Positions 32,929 to 42,451 of a stretch of DNA of 45,308 nucleotides are shown here, one piece after another (within the stretch, counting starts at the first letter, position 1; the number at the start of each line of letters is the position of its first letter). The notes under the pieces are model-generated. The model saw only the letters and a list, made by a program, of their open reading frames with translations. It was not told the DNA's origin and searched no databases. A program made the position numbers and the translations under genes. Source of the DNA: a virus (taxonomy: Duplodnaviria > Caudoviricetes); the IMG/VR virus record IMGVR_UViG_3300027533_000010, positions 1-45,308 of that record; one strand, written 5' to 3'.

Positions 32929-34980
32929 TTATCCTAAGACTGCTGCGTCAGCACTCGGCCCAGCCTGAGAACCGCTCGGTGAGGCCAAGCCTGGTGTCAG
33001 CTGCGTAGCCAGCCCAGCCATTCCCTGTGTCGTTGAAATTCCCGCCTGAGCGGTATCAAGACTCTGCTGCGTCCTCGCCGCCTCCATCTGGTCAACAGCC
33101 ATACCGAGCTTCGCCGCCATGATCTGTTTCAGGTATTCACCCATTGGGGCCGCCACTGGCGAATCCCAGAGCTTAAAGAGTTCGTCCCACTTAATTCCCT
33201 CTGGAACGTACTGAGCAATCAACGACACGAACTCAATCGCCTCCCTGAACTTGATCTGCTTGGATGTCTCACCAAGCTGGGATGTGTCAACCTCAAAATC
33301 AAACTCACCCTGGGTGATGTCGTTCTGAACTCCATCAATGGTCTGCCAGTTGAGAGCCAGCCAGTTTGGTTGGTTATCCTTGTTGAGTAGTCGGATCTTT
33401 CTCGGCAACGTCATGAACGTCTGGAGCGAAGCGTCACAATAGTTGAATGTTCCCTTCATTGCGAGCGTCATATTTCCAAACAGAAACGAGAGGGCCTGCA
33501 TAGATCTCTGAACCCTCTGAGCGAACAAAACCCCAGACTCCCCAGAGTTCTCTGAGAGACCAAGAAGATTTGGAGTAATGAGCGTTAGAGACTCCATCAA
33601 TTCCTTGTCCTCTTCCTGCATAGTCCTGATAGCCTCGAACGACTGCGGAGATGGCTGCTGGGATTCCGGCTTCAGTCCACCACGAGGAGAGTAGAACAGG
33701 ATCTTTTTGCGCTTTCTTGACTTCCAGTCATTGAGATGTAGGGGGTTGATTGAGTTTTCTGGAGCATGAACATCGGGACTGACCGACTGCATCAGCCACT
33801 CAAGGGCTGTCATTCTCCTCTGGTTGTATGAATCCTGCGGGTGAATCAGGATGTCAACAATCGAGGCAGTCTTGGTGATGTCTGGATGGAACGGATAGCA
33901 GAACACTGGCTTGTGCTGAAAACCTTTCCCCTGAACTTCGTAGGGAGCCTCAAAGAGTGGCTTCTCAGGAAGGAGTGTCGGACAGACCGCCGTGATCCAA
34001 AGTTCATCAAGACTCACATCCTCGATCCTGTGGACGGGGCCATCCATCAGATTTTTATTTCTCAGTTCTTCAACCAGCCTGTTGTGATAGTCACGAGTCT
34101 CCTCCTTCTCTCCACGCTCAGGAACATCCTGTGCGTTCTTGAAAGGATCTTCCTCTCTGAGATTAATAAACTGCTTCTTATTGACAGTCCTTCTATCGTG
34201 AAACTCGATCACGGTATATCTTCCGGTCGCACTGTTTGCGAAGTGAGACATGAGACCATTCTCGTAGGAGCTTGAGAATCTTTGCGTTCCGTCCTTCTCG
34301 CCGTAGGCATCACGGAACCCTTGCACGATCCTGTCAAGCCAACCCATCGGCTTCTTGCTGCCAGAGCGGTGTGTCTGCTGGAGCAGGGCATCACGCTCTT
34401 TCATCGTTTCAACGTCCGCATCAGCGAGCGAATTGAGATACACACCGATCATCTCCTCGGCCCCGAACATCCCAGACACACCAAGATACTTCCAGTCAGT
34501 CTGATCCATCTTCTTGCCATCGACATCGAAGCGAATCATGAATGGATCGAATGCTTCAGTAACCCACATCCCACCAGGATGTCGCTGCGTGCTCCAGTAG
34601 TTATTAAGCCAGCCAATCCCAGCGATGGCCGCATCAATCGTCGCATGGATGACCTCCTTGTAGGCGGAGCAATTCTTCATTGCCCAGTCAGACACGAGCA
34701 TCGTTCTCAGGTCTGCCTTCTGTTCGTCACCCTCGTTGATTGGAACGGCCCTCATGAACACCTTGTTGGCCTCCAGGATACCAGCGAGCGTTACGATCTT
34801 CGGCTGCGTCATATTGAAGATCAACTCCGGCCTCTGCTCATCACGAAGCTGCTTACTGACAGCCGGAGAGATCTGTTCTCCAATCACGTACTCATAGTTT
34901 TTAATGGCGGACTCAAAATACTCAGCCCAACCATCTCTCATAACTTGATAAGCAGTCAAAACTTGCTGTACTACATCCAT
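32929..34980 (-). CDS. Portal protein (P22-like)
   Basis: 683 aa; follows terL; YVIGEQ...RPELIFNMTQPKI, PQDSYNQRR, ESGVLFAQR and NDITQGEFD motifs. Confidence 0.88.
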   Translation of the reverse strand: MDVVQQVLTAYQVMRDGWAEYFESAIKNYEYVIGEQISPAVSKQLRDEQRPELIFNMTQPKIVTLAGILEANKVFMRAVPINEGDEQKADLRTMLVSDWAMKNCSAYKEVIHATIDAAIAGIGWLNNYWSTQRHPGGMWVTEAFDPFMIRFDVDGKKMDQTDWKYLGVSGMFGAEEMIGVYLNSLADADVETMKERDALLQQTHRSGSKKPMGWLDRIVQGFRDAYGEKDGTQRFSSSYENGLMSHFANSATGRYTVIEFHDRRTVNKKQFINLREEDPFKNAQDVPERGEKEETRDYHNRLVEELRNKNLMDGPVHRIEDVSLDELWITAVCPTLLPEKPLFEAPYEVQGKGFQHKPVFCYPFHPDITKTASIVDILIHPQDSYNQRRMTALEWLMQSVSPDVHAPENSINPLHLNDWKSRKRKKILFYSPRGGLKPESQQPSPQSFEAIRTMQEEDKELMESLTLITPNLLGLSENSGESGVLFAQRVQRSMQALSFLFGNMTLAMKGTFNYCDASLQTFMTLPRKIRLLNKDNQPNWLALNWQTIDGVQNDITQGEFDFEVDTSQLGETSKQIKFREAIEFVSLIAQYVPEGIKWDELFKLWDSPVAAPMGEYLKQIMAAKLGMAVDQMEAARTQQSLDTAQAGISTTQGMAGLATQLTPGLASPSGSQAGPSADAAVLG

Positions 34981-34988
34981 TTATAACC

Positions 34989-36461
34989 TCACCCCATACC
35001 AGGCTGCCAGCCTGACGAATCTTCTTGTGTAGCGAGCGGTGAGAACATTCTCTCTTCCCAGCCCCTGTCTCCCTTGTCGATAGACAATTTTGGAGGAGCG
35101 AGAGCGAGTATGCCATACCGCTGCTCATCGAGTGCGTGATCGTACACCTCTGGGTCGTTACCCTTCCCCTGAATATCCTCTGAGTCCTTTTCGTCCGCTA
35201 TCGCTGAGATCATCTCATTGATGAGCGGGTTGTTCGATCCCTTGAAAACAAAATACCTGTGAGGCATAAGCTGTTTCCACGCCCACCAGCCAGACTTCCG
35301 GTCAGTGTGCGCCGGAGTAAGAATCAGTCCGTGCTTTTCAAACACATCAGCGAAAGTCACGGTATGCTCGATGATCGCCAGCCGATCCTTCTGCGCCCAA
35401 GCATCCTTGCCTGAGGCAATCTGGTCTGGCATCCGCCCTTGAGTCCACGGACAGGCTCTGATCGTATTCAAAATCCCGATGGCGTTCGCCTCTGGGTTCC
35501 GCATCTTTTCGTAGTAGGTCAAGATCCGATAGACCTTGCCCTTGAAGTCCATCGCATTCAGACCAAAGGAACAGTAGCTTGAATACCCAGGATCAAGACT
35601 CCCGATCAGCGTCCACTCCTTCGGGATTCGGAACGGGGAGATGATCTCGTTGCCCTGATCGAACTCTGCAAAAAAGTCTCCGGCGAAAGCATCCCAGTCC
35701 CCCTTAAGGAGTGCTCTCTCCATCCGAGAACCCATCTGCATAATTCGATTCTTGTACTGAACATCTCTTGCGAGGTACGCATTCTCGTACAGATAGCCTG
35801 GTATAAAACATCTCGATACTGCGTTCGGATTCGACGGTGAGACTTCTTTGCCTGCTGGATTCATCTCAACATCCTCTGCGGCGATATAGTGCTTCGTCAC
35901 GAACGGATCATACACTGGAAATCTTTTCTTGACCCACCAAAGTCCAACGCCGATGGGATTAGCAGTACCACGAACTCTCAGCGGGATCTCCATCGTTGTG
36001 CTTCTGACACGAGACAGAATGTGCAGGTACTGTGTCAGAGTGAATTGACAGATCTCATCCCATCCAACATACTGATACTCCTGGCCATCATGGTTGTACT
36101 TATCGTCCTCCTGCTCCATGTGGCAAATAAAAATCTTTGCCCCACTCGGAAATTCCCAACACGGGCCAGGATCTCCTGTCCTCGACAGAGTGAGCTTCCC
36201 ACCAAAGTGCGGATAATACTTCCTCGACTCATCCAGAAGTTTCTGAAACATCTTTGTCTCTCTCCTGAAGAGGATCGCCCTATAAGACGGAATCATGTAC
36301 GCTTCACGCCCTGCACTCAGAAGCAAAAACTGTGGGCCGAGAGCGTCAATGATGAGTGCCCATGTCTTACCAGGGCCAGCCGAGCCACCATACAGAACCT
36401 CGAACTCTCCACGAGACAGGAACTCCATCTGTCCGCCTGGCTGCGGCTGTATCTCCATCAT
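34989..36461 (-). CDS. terL: Terminase large subunit
   Basis: QPQPGGQ, Walker A YGGSAGPGKT, Walker B YVGWDE, TANP motif III, nuclease DPG and DHALDEQRY. Confidence 0.95.
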   Translation of the reverse strand: MMEIQPQPGGQMEFLSRGEFEVLYGGSAGPGKTWALIIDALGPQFLLLSAGREAYMIPSYRAILFRRETKMFQKLLDESRKYYPHFGGKLTLSRTGDPGPCWEFPSGAKIFICHMEQEDDKYNHDGQEYQYVGWDEICQFTLTQYLHILSRVRSTTMEIPLRVRGTANPIGVGLWWVKKRFPVYDPFVTKHYIAAEDVEMNPAGKEVSPSNPNAVSRCFIPGYLYENAYLARDVQYKNRIMQMGSRMERALLKGDWDAFAGDFFAEFDQGNEIISPFRIPKEWTLIGSLDPGYSSYCSFGLNAMDFKGKVYRILTYYEKMRNPEANAIGILNTIRACPWTQGRMPDQIASGKDAWAQKDRLAIIEHTVTFADVFEKHGLILTPAHTDRKSGWWAWKQLMPHRYFVFKGSNNPLINEMISAIADEKDSEDIQGKGNDPEVYDHALDEQRYGILALAPPKLSIDKGDRGWEERMFSPLATQEDSSGWQPGMG

Positions 36462-36907
36462 TTCTTTCCGCTCCTTTTCGCCATCCCATCAAACCCACTC
36501 ATCACAACAGCAGACTGAGTAACAACCTGGTCTGACTCCGGTGGGAGCTTGTTGAGGATAACAACAACCTGCGGACGCTGGACATCCTCGCCCTCCAATG
36601 ACTCTCGCTGTGCCGGACGACCAAACCACTGCTCGATCAAAAGTTTTGCTGAGGTAGCATCCGGTGACTGCCTATAAATTCTAATAGGCTGACCATTAGC
36701 GTCAAAGATTTCATTCCCGTCAGAGTCAACAACCCTCACAGGGAGTCCAAGCGGGTCAACCAACATCAAGCCCTTCGCTGAGTCCGAGTGAGCACGGATA
36801 ATTCCTTCGAGATCTACGTGCTTCCCCAGCAACCGTTCGAGCTTGTTTTTCTTTGACCGCCTTGCGAACTTTAATTTCTGACTTTTTTCTATCGCTGTCG
36901 CCATCAC
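36458..36907 (-). CDS. Probable terminase small subunit
   Basis: Directly upstream of and coupled to terL; PDATSAKLLIEQWFGRPAQ oligomerisation-type motif. Confidence 0.65.
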   Translation of the reverse strand: MMATAIEKSQKLKFARRSKKNKLERLLGKHVDLEGIIRAHSDSAKGLMLVDPLGLPVRVVDSDGNEIFDANGQPIRIYRQSPDATSAKLLIEQWFGRPAQRESLEGEDVQRPQVVVILNKLPPESDQVVTQSAVVMSGFDGMAKRSGKK

Positions 36908-36919
36908 ATCACCAGGTCA

Positions 36920-36948
36920 AATGTACACACTTTCACCCTCGCTATCAA
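36920..36948 (-). promoter_or_regulatory. Putative late promoter TTGATA-17-TACATT
   Basis: -35 at 36943-36948, -10 at 36920-36925; same -10 hexamer as the scaffold promoter. Confidence 0.55.
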
Positions 36949-37136
36949 TGGGTGGCATGACGCTTACGCTCCGCATAGGTGTTCCTCGCAGCCCTACAGC
37001 TTGCCGCAAGACCGCAGGGTCTCGATGTATCACGCCCAAACTCGTGGGTCGGATGGAGTCTTTTGTGCCCAGTACACCACTTCTTTCCACGATCATCAAC
37101 AGCGGGAAGCCGATAGCCCCGTTTCTTTTTTGCCAT
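36945..37136 (-). CDS. Small basic Zn-finger-like protein
   Basis: AGGAGGAG RBS; KWCTGH...HEFGRD...GLAASC resembles the K.C..C...EF..D...GL...C motif. Confidence 0.55.
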   Translation of the reverse strand: MAKKKRGYRLPAVDDRGKKWCTGHKRLHPTHEFGRDTSRPCGLAASCRAARNTYAERKRHATH

Positions 37137-37147
37137 ACTACTCCTCC

Positions 37148-37372
37148 TTAGAATGGTACAACCTTTTTGCACTCGGCACACTCGCACGATGGGAGCGACC
37201 GCCGCACAACGTCCGGTGAGAAACTCACGACCGCATCACACTTCTGACAACCGAAGATCACCCTCTGTTTGTCAACACTAACAAAAGATCCGAGTGGAAT
37301 GTGGTGTCTCATTACAGACCCACACCTACAAGCGTGCTTCTTCTCTGACTTGGTTTTTGATAATTTTGCCAT
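37148..37372 (-). CDS. Cys-rich hypothetical protein
   Basis: CRC, CQKC and CECAEC motifs. Confidence 0.5.
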   Translation of the reverse strand: MAKLSKTKSEKKHACRCGSVMRHHIPLGSFVSVDKQRVIFGCQKCDAVVSFSPDVVRRSLPSCECAECKKVVPF

Positions 37373-37589
37373 GAAGATTCGCTAACGCCTCCGTCGCTGT
37401 TTTTCCTTCCGCCTGAATAAATCCACTACTCACGAGAACAAAGTTCGGCCCCCTGAGTGTGGTAAGGACTGGATAACCCAGGTCTGATATTTCCGAGAGC
37501 AACTCCACAATCTCGATTGGTGTTTCGATTGGCGTTAGCTCCAGGGATTCAATAATCTTTCCGAGTGTTGTGTGCTGGGTCATTATCAT
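37326..37589 (-). CDS. Hypothetical protein
   Basis: 87 aa; AEGKTATEAL motif; ATGA-coupled. Confidence 0.55.
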   Translation of the reverse strand: MIMTQHTTLGKIIESLELTPIETPIEIVELLSEISDLGYPVLTTLRGPNFVLVSSGFIQAEGKTATEALANLHGKIIKNQVREEARL

Positions 37590-37807
37590 ACCCCCACCAT
37601 CTTCATGAGTCGAGCCACCCTGTATCCATAACCGCTGGGCTGGTTCGGTGTCTGGTTGTCAAGAATCATCTTCGCATAACTCCTACTGCTGGAGGTTCGA
37701 TCCCGCAGGTACTGATGTCGATAGTTCTTGTGCTGGTGAAGATTTCCGCAGGTTGTGCAACGCTTCCCATGCACGATTGGTTTTTTGCAATCAACGCAGT
37801 TCTTCAT
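37586..37807 (-). CDS. Zn-finger protein
   Basis: CVDC...CTTC; SYAKMIL motif shared with the upstream gene. Confidence 0.6.
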   Translation of the reverse strand: MKNCVDCKKPIVHGKRCTTCGNLHQHKNYRHQYLRDRTSSSRSYAKMILDNQTPNQPSGYGYRVARLMKMVGV

Positions 37808-37820
37808 TGGCCATCCCCCT

Positions 37821-38510
37821 TCATCGACTTATTGTGTAATGCATATCAACACTCCTGTCTCTCGAATTTCGCGCTGTCAGGTATTCTAAAACCATTCTTG
37901 CATAGTTCGACGGACTCCCCGCCCTTCCAACTCGATTACTGTGTCGGGGGCCGTGAGTGAATGTTTTGTGGTACGCCATCTCCCGACTCTTTTTTTTGAT
38001 CCCAGTGCAGACCCTGCACCACATTCGCCCAGACCTGTCAATGTATGTGTTTGAATTATTTTTCCCAAGCGGGTGTCCCTCAACACACTTTGACGGTGCT
38101 CGGTTCGGTCGCCTTCCACCAAGATACCCATTCCGCTCTCTCCACCGCAACCTGTGACAGATCCTACAATTCCTCTCAATCCCACCGCTCTTTTTGTTGC
38201 GATGCACCCAAACATTCCCAGACTCCGGCCTTATATCGTGACCACGGCTACATTCTGTCTTATCCCTCATGCTCTGGACATTCCTCTCGATATTCTTCAT
38301 CCTGACCGCTCGGAGTTCTTTTTTCGAGAGTCCACAGTATCCCTCCCTGGTGCGCCTGCACTGTTTGCAGGAACGCTTGAGCTTGTATTTTAAGCCACCG
38401 TGGATCTCAACACTCTTCGGGTTCGATAGGTCGTGTCCCTTAGAGCACCTGTCTCCGAAACGCCGACAGAAGTCAGCGATAATCTCTTCTTTGGAGGGTT
38501 CGGTTGTCAA
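37821..38510 (-). CDS. Protein with three CxxGH...CxxC zinc-finger repeats
   Basis: CSKGHDL...CKQC, CSRGHDI...CRIC and CVEGHPL...CRVC. Confidence 0.7.
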   Translation of the reverse strand: MTTEPSKEEIIADFCRRFGDRCSKGHDLSNPKSVEIHGGLKYKLKRSCKQCRRTREGYCGLSKKELRAVRMKNIERNVQSMRDKTECSRGHDIRPESGNVWVHRNKKSGGIERNCRICHRLRWRERNGYLGGRRPNRAPSKCVEGHPLGKNNSNTYIDRSGRMWCRVCTGIKKKSREMAYHKTFTHGPRHSNRVGRAGSPSNYARMVLEYLTARNSRDRSVDMHYTISR

Positions 38511-39424
38511 TTCCCACCTCCACGGAGATCCTCAAGTACCTTCGTAGCCATACTCCCAATAGGTTTTGCGGTCAACGGAGGGCACGGGCCTTGCCTGTCG
38601 TGCATCTCACCACACAGCGAGCACGCCCCCCAACCCCTGCCCACCGAAATCTTTTTCCTCTCCGCACCAGAGTCCCTTTCCCTCTTCTCCATCATGTGTG
38701 GGGTTGGATTGATCCAGTCAGGCCAGTTGTTGAACCAGGTTTTTCCGTTCTGAATGTATCCACGGGCAACCTTATCGGACTTCAGGTAGTTATCCAGGGC
38801 CTTCTGAATATTCTCCCAGTCAGCAAGAGTCTGGACTGAGGTATTAAAGTGACGCTCTGCATCACGCTTTCCAGACTTCTCTGGGTATTTGGCCCAGATC
38901 TCCTCAAACCGATCCTTCTTTTCCTGGGCAGAAAGCTTGAATGGTTCCTCAATGTTTATATTATCTTTCTTCTTACTACTTACTACTGCTGAACCCAGCG
39001 AACTCGTGTTACGTAAGAATACGCTGGAAAGACTGGAGGACTCAGGAATTTCCTGGAAGTTCTTGGAAAGTACAGAATTTAACTCATCTACCCGTAAGTT
39101 CGTGTACTCACTCTTGGTTCTTTTGTTGAGGGTGAAGCCCTGTATTTTGTCGAACGTCCTTGCGGGGAAGATAAAGAAGGTTTTCTCTTCATACTCAAAC
39201 AGGAATCCAGCCTCAGCCTTCACGATCTCCTTGAGGAGCTTATCAACCTCCTCATCACTCCCTCGGTGGGCAACCTGCTTACACAGCCTGTACGGATCAC
39301 CAGGGGCAACCCCAAAATCATCAGCCAGTGAAAGCATCTTGAGCCAAAGAAGTTGTGCCTGATCTGACAGGCCACCGAACGTCTTGCTGTACAACATCTC
39401 TTCTGAGATCATTCTTTTTTTCAT
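38507..39424 (-). CDS. Phage replication initiator (lambda O / DnaD-like architecture)
   Basis: N-terminal wHTH (KRMI...LSDQAQLLWLKMLSLADDFG), Ser-rich linker, C-terminal FEEIWAKYPEKSGK...YIQNGKTWFNNW. Confidence 0.85.
   Translation of the reverse strand: MKKRMISEEMLYSKTFGGLSDQAQLLWLKMLSLADDFGVAPGDPYRLCKQVAHRGSDEEVDKLLKEIVKAEAGFLFEYEEKTFFIFPARTFDKIQGFTLNKRTKSEYTNLRVDELNSVLSKNFQEIPESSSLSSVFLRNTSSLGSAVVSSKKKDNINIEEPFKLSAQEKKDRFEEIWAKYPEKSGKRDAERHFNTSVQTLADWENIQKALDNYLKSDKVARGYIQNGKTWFNNWPDWINPTPHMMEKRERDSGAERKKISVGRGWGACSLCGEMHDRQGPCPPLTAKPIGSMATKVLEDLRGGGN
38950..39075. other. Putative replication origin (iteron-like repeats plus AT-rich tract) within the initiator gene
   Basis: Five YWGGAR units at 39024, 39033, 39043, 39053 and 39063; palindrome CAGGAA-T-TTCCTG; AT-rich tract at 38950-38990. 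Confidence 0.5.
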
Positions 39425-39429
39425 TTTGG

Positions 39430-39699
39430 TTATTGATTCACCAGAAAGCAGGTGAGTGGATGGATGATTGCGTTCCTTGCTTCGTTCTCTGGAAAGAAAC
39501 GTACGGGGGTTTCCCCCTTGACCGGATCACGGACAACGGCGTAGGTAAGCAGGGTGAACTCACCGTCTGGGATGGCGGCAATCTTAAACCGAGGCCCAAG
39601 ATTCCGAGCGAACTCAATCGCCTCTATTGGTGTACCAAGCTCTTTTGAGACGACTACAACCTGTTTCTCTGTTGGGAACACTTGCCTTTCACGGATCAC
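39430..39699 (-). CDS. Hypothetical protein
   Basis: 89 aa, GTGA-coupled. Confidence 0.55.
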   Translation of the reverse strand: MIRERQVFPTEKQVVVVSKELGTPIEAIEFARNLGPRFKIAAIPDGEFTLLTYAVVRDPVKGETPVRFFPENEARNAIIHPLTCFLVNQ

Positions 39700-40325
39700 G
39701 GTGTTTTGCCTCCGAAAAATAGTTCTGGGTTAGAGTAAATTAGATACACAATCCTATCGCTCACCTTGTTTGTGCAGCCGCCCACAAACAGGTCGTACTG
39801 GTCTGGCTCAAGCTCTTTCAGTTCTCTTCTGAAGTACACGATCAGTAGTGCCAACTCCTCCTCTGTGAATTTCCGTGTGCGATTAGTTTTCTGATACAGC
39901 AGATCGAACTCGGTCTCGCCGTACCGCTTCTTGAACCATCTGTGGTAAGGGATCTGGTCTGCCTCATGATAGTGATTACACTTAGCACACTGGCAGTGGA
40001 CATTCAGCGGGTGAAAAAAGATCTCCCTGAACACTCTGGAGAACACATGGCCAGCCTGAAGATGATCTCTCTTGTGACACAGCACGCAAGCCCTATCTCT
40101 CGCCCTGACGTAGAGGCTCTGAAGTCTTTCAGCCTCTTTGAATAATTCCCGCGCTCCGGCTGGAGACCTGCGCCTCTTCAATGTCCGGTCTTTCTTGAGT
40201 TCCTGCTTACGGTTCCACTTGTTCCAGCAGTCCTCACACTGAACCCTCGGCTCAAAGTGAGCCATGTACTGTGGATGAACTTTACAACGTCCTCTCTTTG
40301 GAGGTTTCGGTGCGGTCGTCATCAA
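39696..40325 (-). CDS. ninG: NinG/Rap-like HNH-type endonuclease (resolvase)
   Basis: YVRARDRACVLC...AGHVFSR...NVHCQCAKCN...Y...YG. Confidence 0.82.
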   Translation of the reverse strand: MMTTAPKPPKRGRCKVHPQYMAHFEPRVQCEDCWNKWNRKQELKKDRTLKRRRSPAGARELFKEAERLQSLYVRARDRACVLCHKRDHLQAGHVFSRVFREIFFHPLNVHCQCAKCNHYHEADQIPYHRWFKKRYGETEFDLLYQKTNRTRKFTEEELALLIVYFRRELKELEPDQYDLFVGGCTNKVSDRIVYLIYSNPELFFGGKTP

Positions 40326-40672
40326 TTATCCAGTGAGATTGGAAGGTCGATCATTTCTTTTTTGAGATCCTCCAGGATCTCTTGGTCTGAGATCTCCCGC
40401 AGGAGCATCATGTCAGCACAGGCCCTCAGAGCAGCAGAGGCCGAGAGGGGACACTCGATACCGTGAGTCTCACCCAGCAACAGAAGGATGTCCCTCATCA
40501 TCGTGTGTGGCTCACTGACCGCAGGAATATCTGAATGGTCGTTGAGTACGTGAACGCAGCATCGTGCAAGGGCGGTATCACGGATCTGTTTGTACTTTGG
40601 GTTATTCATCATGTTGTACGTGCCCCAGCGTGCCAACATTTCCCATCCCGCTGCATTCATGTCCCTTGTCAT
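40322..40672 (-). CDS. Hypothetical protein
   Basis: Start reassigned to MTRDMN by ATGA coupling. Confidence 0.55.
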   Translation of the reverse strand: MTRDMNAAGWEMLARWGTYNMMNNPKYKQIRDTALARCCVHVLNDHSDIPAVSEPHTMMRDILLLLGETHGIECPLSASAALRACADMMLLREISDQEILEDLKKEMIDLPISLDN

Positions 40673-41097
40673 AGAAAATCCTGCTGGTCTGGATCTGGAA
40701 GAATGATCCCGAATTTTTGTGAGGCCCAACGAGCTACGGAATCAAACAGTTCAGACATCCGCTTCTTTGATAGTGTGGCCGTGGACTCTGGGATCGTCGC
40801 CTCACCGATGATCTCTCCGGTCTTTGGATCGCACAGGAACTCTCTGACCCCCAAGAACTCCTGCTTCAAATACTCGTGCATAGCACCCTCCTCCCACCCG
40901 AAGTAGTCCGCAAGCGGCTTAACTCGGAGAGCGTGCCATGCACGATTTTGAGCGACCGACCGAACATCCTCCACCCTCTTGAGGGATAGAACATAGTGAC
41001 CTTCAGGGAGAGATTCAATCTCTTTCCGAAAATCCTTTCTACCGTCCGGCAGGTGGAGCTTCTTCCCGTCAATCCTTACAACGGTCTGGAGGCTCAC
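40669..41097 (-). CDS. ninB: NinB/Orf-like recombination accessory protein
   Basis: RSVAQNRAWH...HEYLKQEFL...STATLSKKRMSELFD...LPDP. Confidence 0.75.
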   Translation of the reverse strand: MSLQTVVRIDGKKLHLPDGRKDFRKEIESLPEGHYVLSLKRVEDVRSVAQNRAWHALRVKPLADYFGWEEGAMHEYLKQEFLGVREFLCDPKTGEIIGEATIPESTATLSKKRMSELFDSVARWASQKFGIILPDPDQQDFL

Positions 41098-42257
41098 GCT
41101 ACAAACTCCTTCAGTCGAGTGTTGATGGCAGCCTGGAGTGTCTCTGCGTCAGGGGCACGAAGGTCGCCCTCATTCAAGCACTTCCTGACAACAAGGCTGA
41201 ACGACTTTAAGCCTGTCGCCGTTGAAGCCTTCTTAATCAGTTGAGTGAAGTGATCTCGCTGACGATCCAGCTTGCGCTCCACGGCATCCTGTGGGTTGAC
41301 TGGTGCTGGTGCGGGAGCAGGCTCTTTGACTGCACCAGTGAGTGGCACATCCCCCTCGGCGACTGGCCCCATTGTCGCCTTTTCCCTACGCTGGGCCTTG
41401 ACTGGAGCAAGTCCCTCGGTTTTCTTGGTCTCTCCAAGCAGCAGGTGGCTCTTGCGTTTCTCCTCCACCTCAGCCTGAAGTATGGTGGCGTTCTCCGGCC
41501 TGAGATGTCCATTCTTCACCGAGAGGGCGATTGCATCGAGAATCACATCCAGGGCTGTGACCTTTACGATATTCTTGATTCTCTCACGAAAATTCCCCAG
41601 AGAAACACTGTCATCCAGAATGGCCTGGGTTTCGTCTGCGTGACCGATGTCCTCGACCTCTCTACGCTGATCCATCTCCTCATTCACGTACACATCACCA
41701 AGCTCTGCACTGAAAGCCTTCCTGAGAGCCAGGGCCTCAGCACACTTGGCAAGCTGGTTCCGAGGCATCTTTCTCCACATGAATCCATTATCACCCTCCT
41801 CATCACCACCCTTCCTGGGGCAGTATTCATCCCAGTAGGCAGTGGCCGTGTACGCACACCGCTGACCCTCGATCATCCGATAGACCGTCACCCGTGCGAA
41901 CTCAGGATGACCCTCGGACATCTCACCAAACACAGCCTCGTCCATTCCGGCAAGCTGTTTGGTTCGATGGGCCATTGTCCTGTAGCCATCAATCCCAGTT
42001 TGAACGGTGTAGCGCACTCCCTTCTTGGTTTTCCTCGGCACAAGATGAAGCTCCTTGCGAAGAGGTGAGAGTCCCGTGTGACGAGCCACGGTTGAAAAAT
42101 ACCTCGCCACTGGCGGGGGAGTTTTCTCTGGGAGGATTCCGACCGTGACCATTGTTTCAATGTCCGCCACGGTGAATCCATACTTTACGATCTCTGCTCT
42201 CTGTTCATCGCTGAAACCTTCGAGATCCTGATCTCGAACAACAACCGATTCTGTCAT
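41094..42257 (-). CDS. bet: Single-strand annealing recombinase (Bet/RecT)
   Basis: GLSPLRKELHLVP, QTGIDGYR, WDEY and MWRKMPRNQLAKCAEALALRKAF. Confidence 0.92.
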   Translation of the reverse strand: MTESVVVRDQDLEGFSDEQRAEIVKYGFTVADIETMVTVGILPEKTPPPVARYFSTVARHTGLSPLRKELHLVPRKTKKGVRYTVQTGIDGYRTMAHRTKQLAGMDEAVFGEMSEGHPEFARVTVYRMIEGQRCAYTATAYWDEYCPRKGGDEEGDNGFMWRKMPRNQLAKCAEALALRKAFSAELGDVYVNEEMDQRREVEDIGHADETQAILDDSVSLGNFRERIKNIVKVTALDVILDAIALSVKNGHLRPENATILQAEVEEKRKSHLLLGETKKTEGLAPVKAQRREKATMGPVAEGDVPLTGAVKEPAPAPAPVNPQDAVERKLDRQRDHFTQLIKKASTATGLKSFSLVVRKCLNEGDLRAPDAETLQAAINTRLKEFVA

Positions 42258-42451
42258 ACCTCTCCTTCAATTTTTGATAACGCACTGAACATCTTGATCG
42301 CAAAACCACGGTGCTTCGCTATAACTTCTGGCAACTCAGAACACTCGCCGTTAGTGCAGACCACAAGCCACCAGTCATCCGCTATACCAGCCTTCTTCAC
42401 ATCAACCTTATTTTGCTTGCAGGCTGGGCATTGAATCTTGGAAGGATTCAC
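42254..42451 (-). CDS. Lar-like Zn-ribbon protein
   Basis: CPAC...WLVVC...C...AIKMF resembles Lar restriction-alleviation proteins; sits between exo and bet. Confidence 0.5.
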   Translation of the reverse strand: MNPSKIQCPACKQNKVDVKKAGIADDWWLVVCTNGECSELPEVIAKHRGFAIKMFSALSKIEGEV

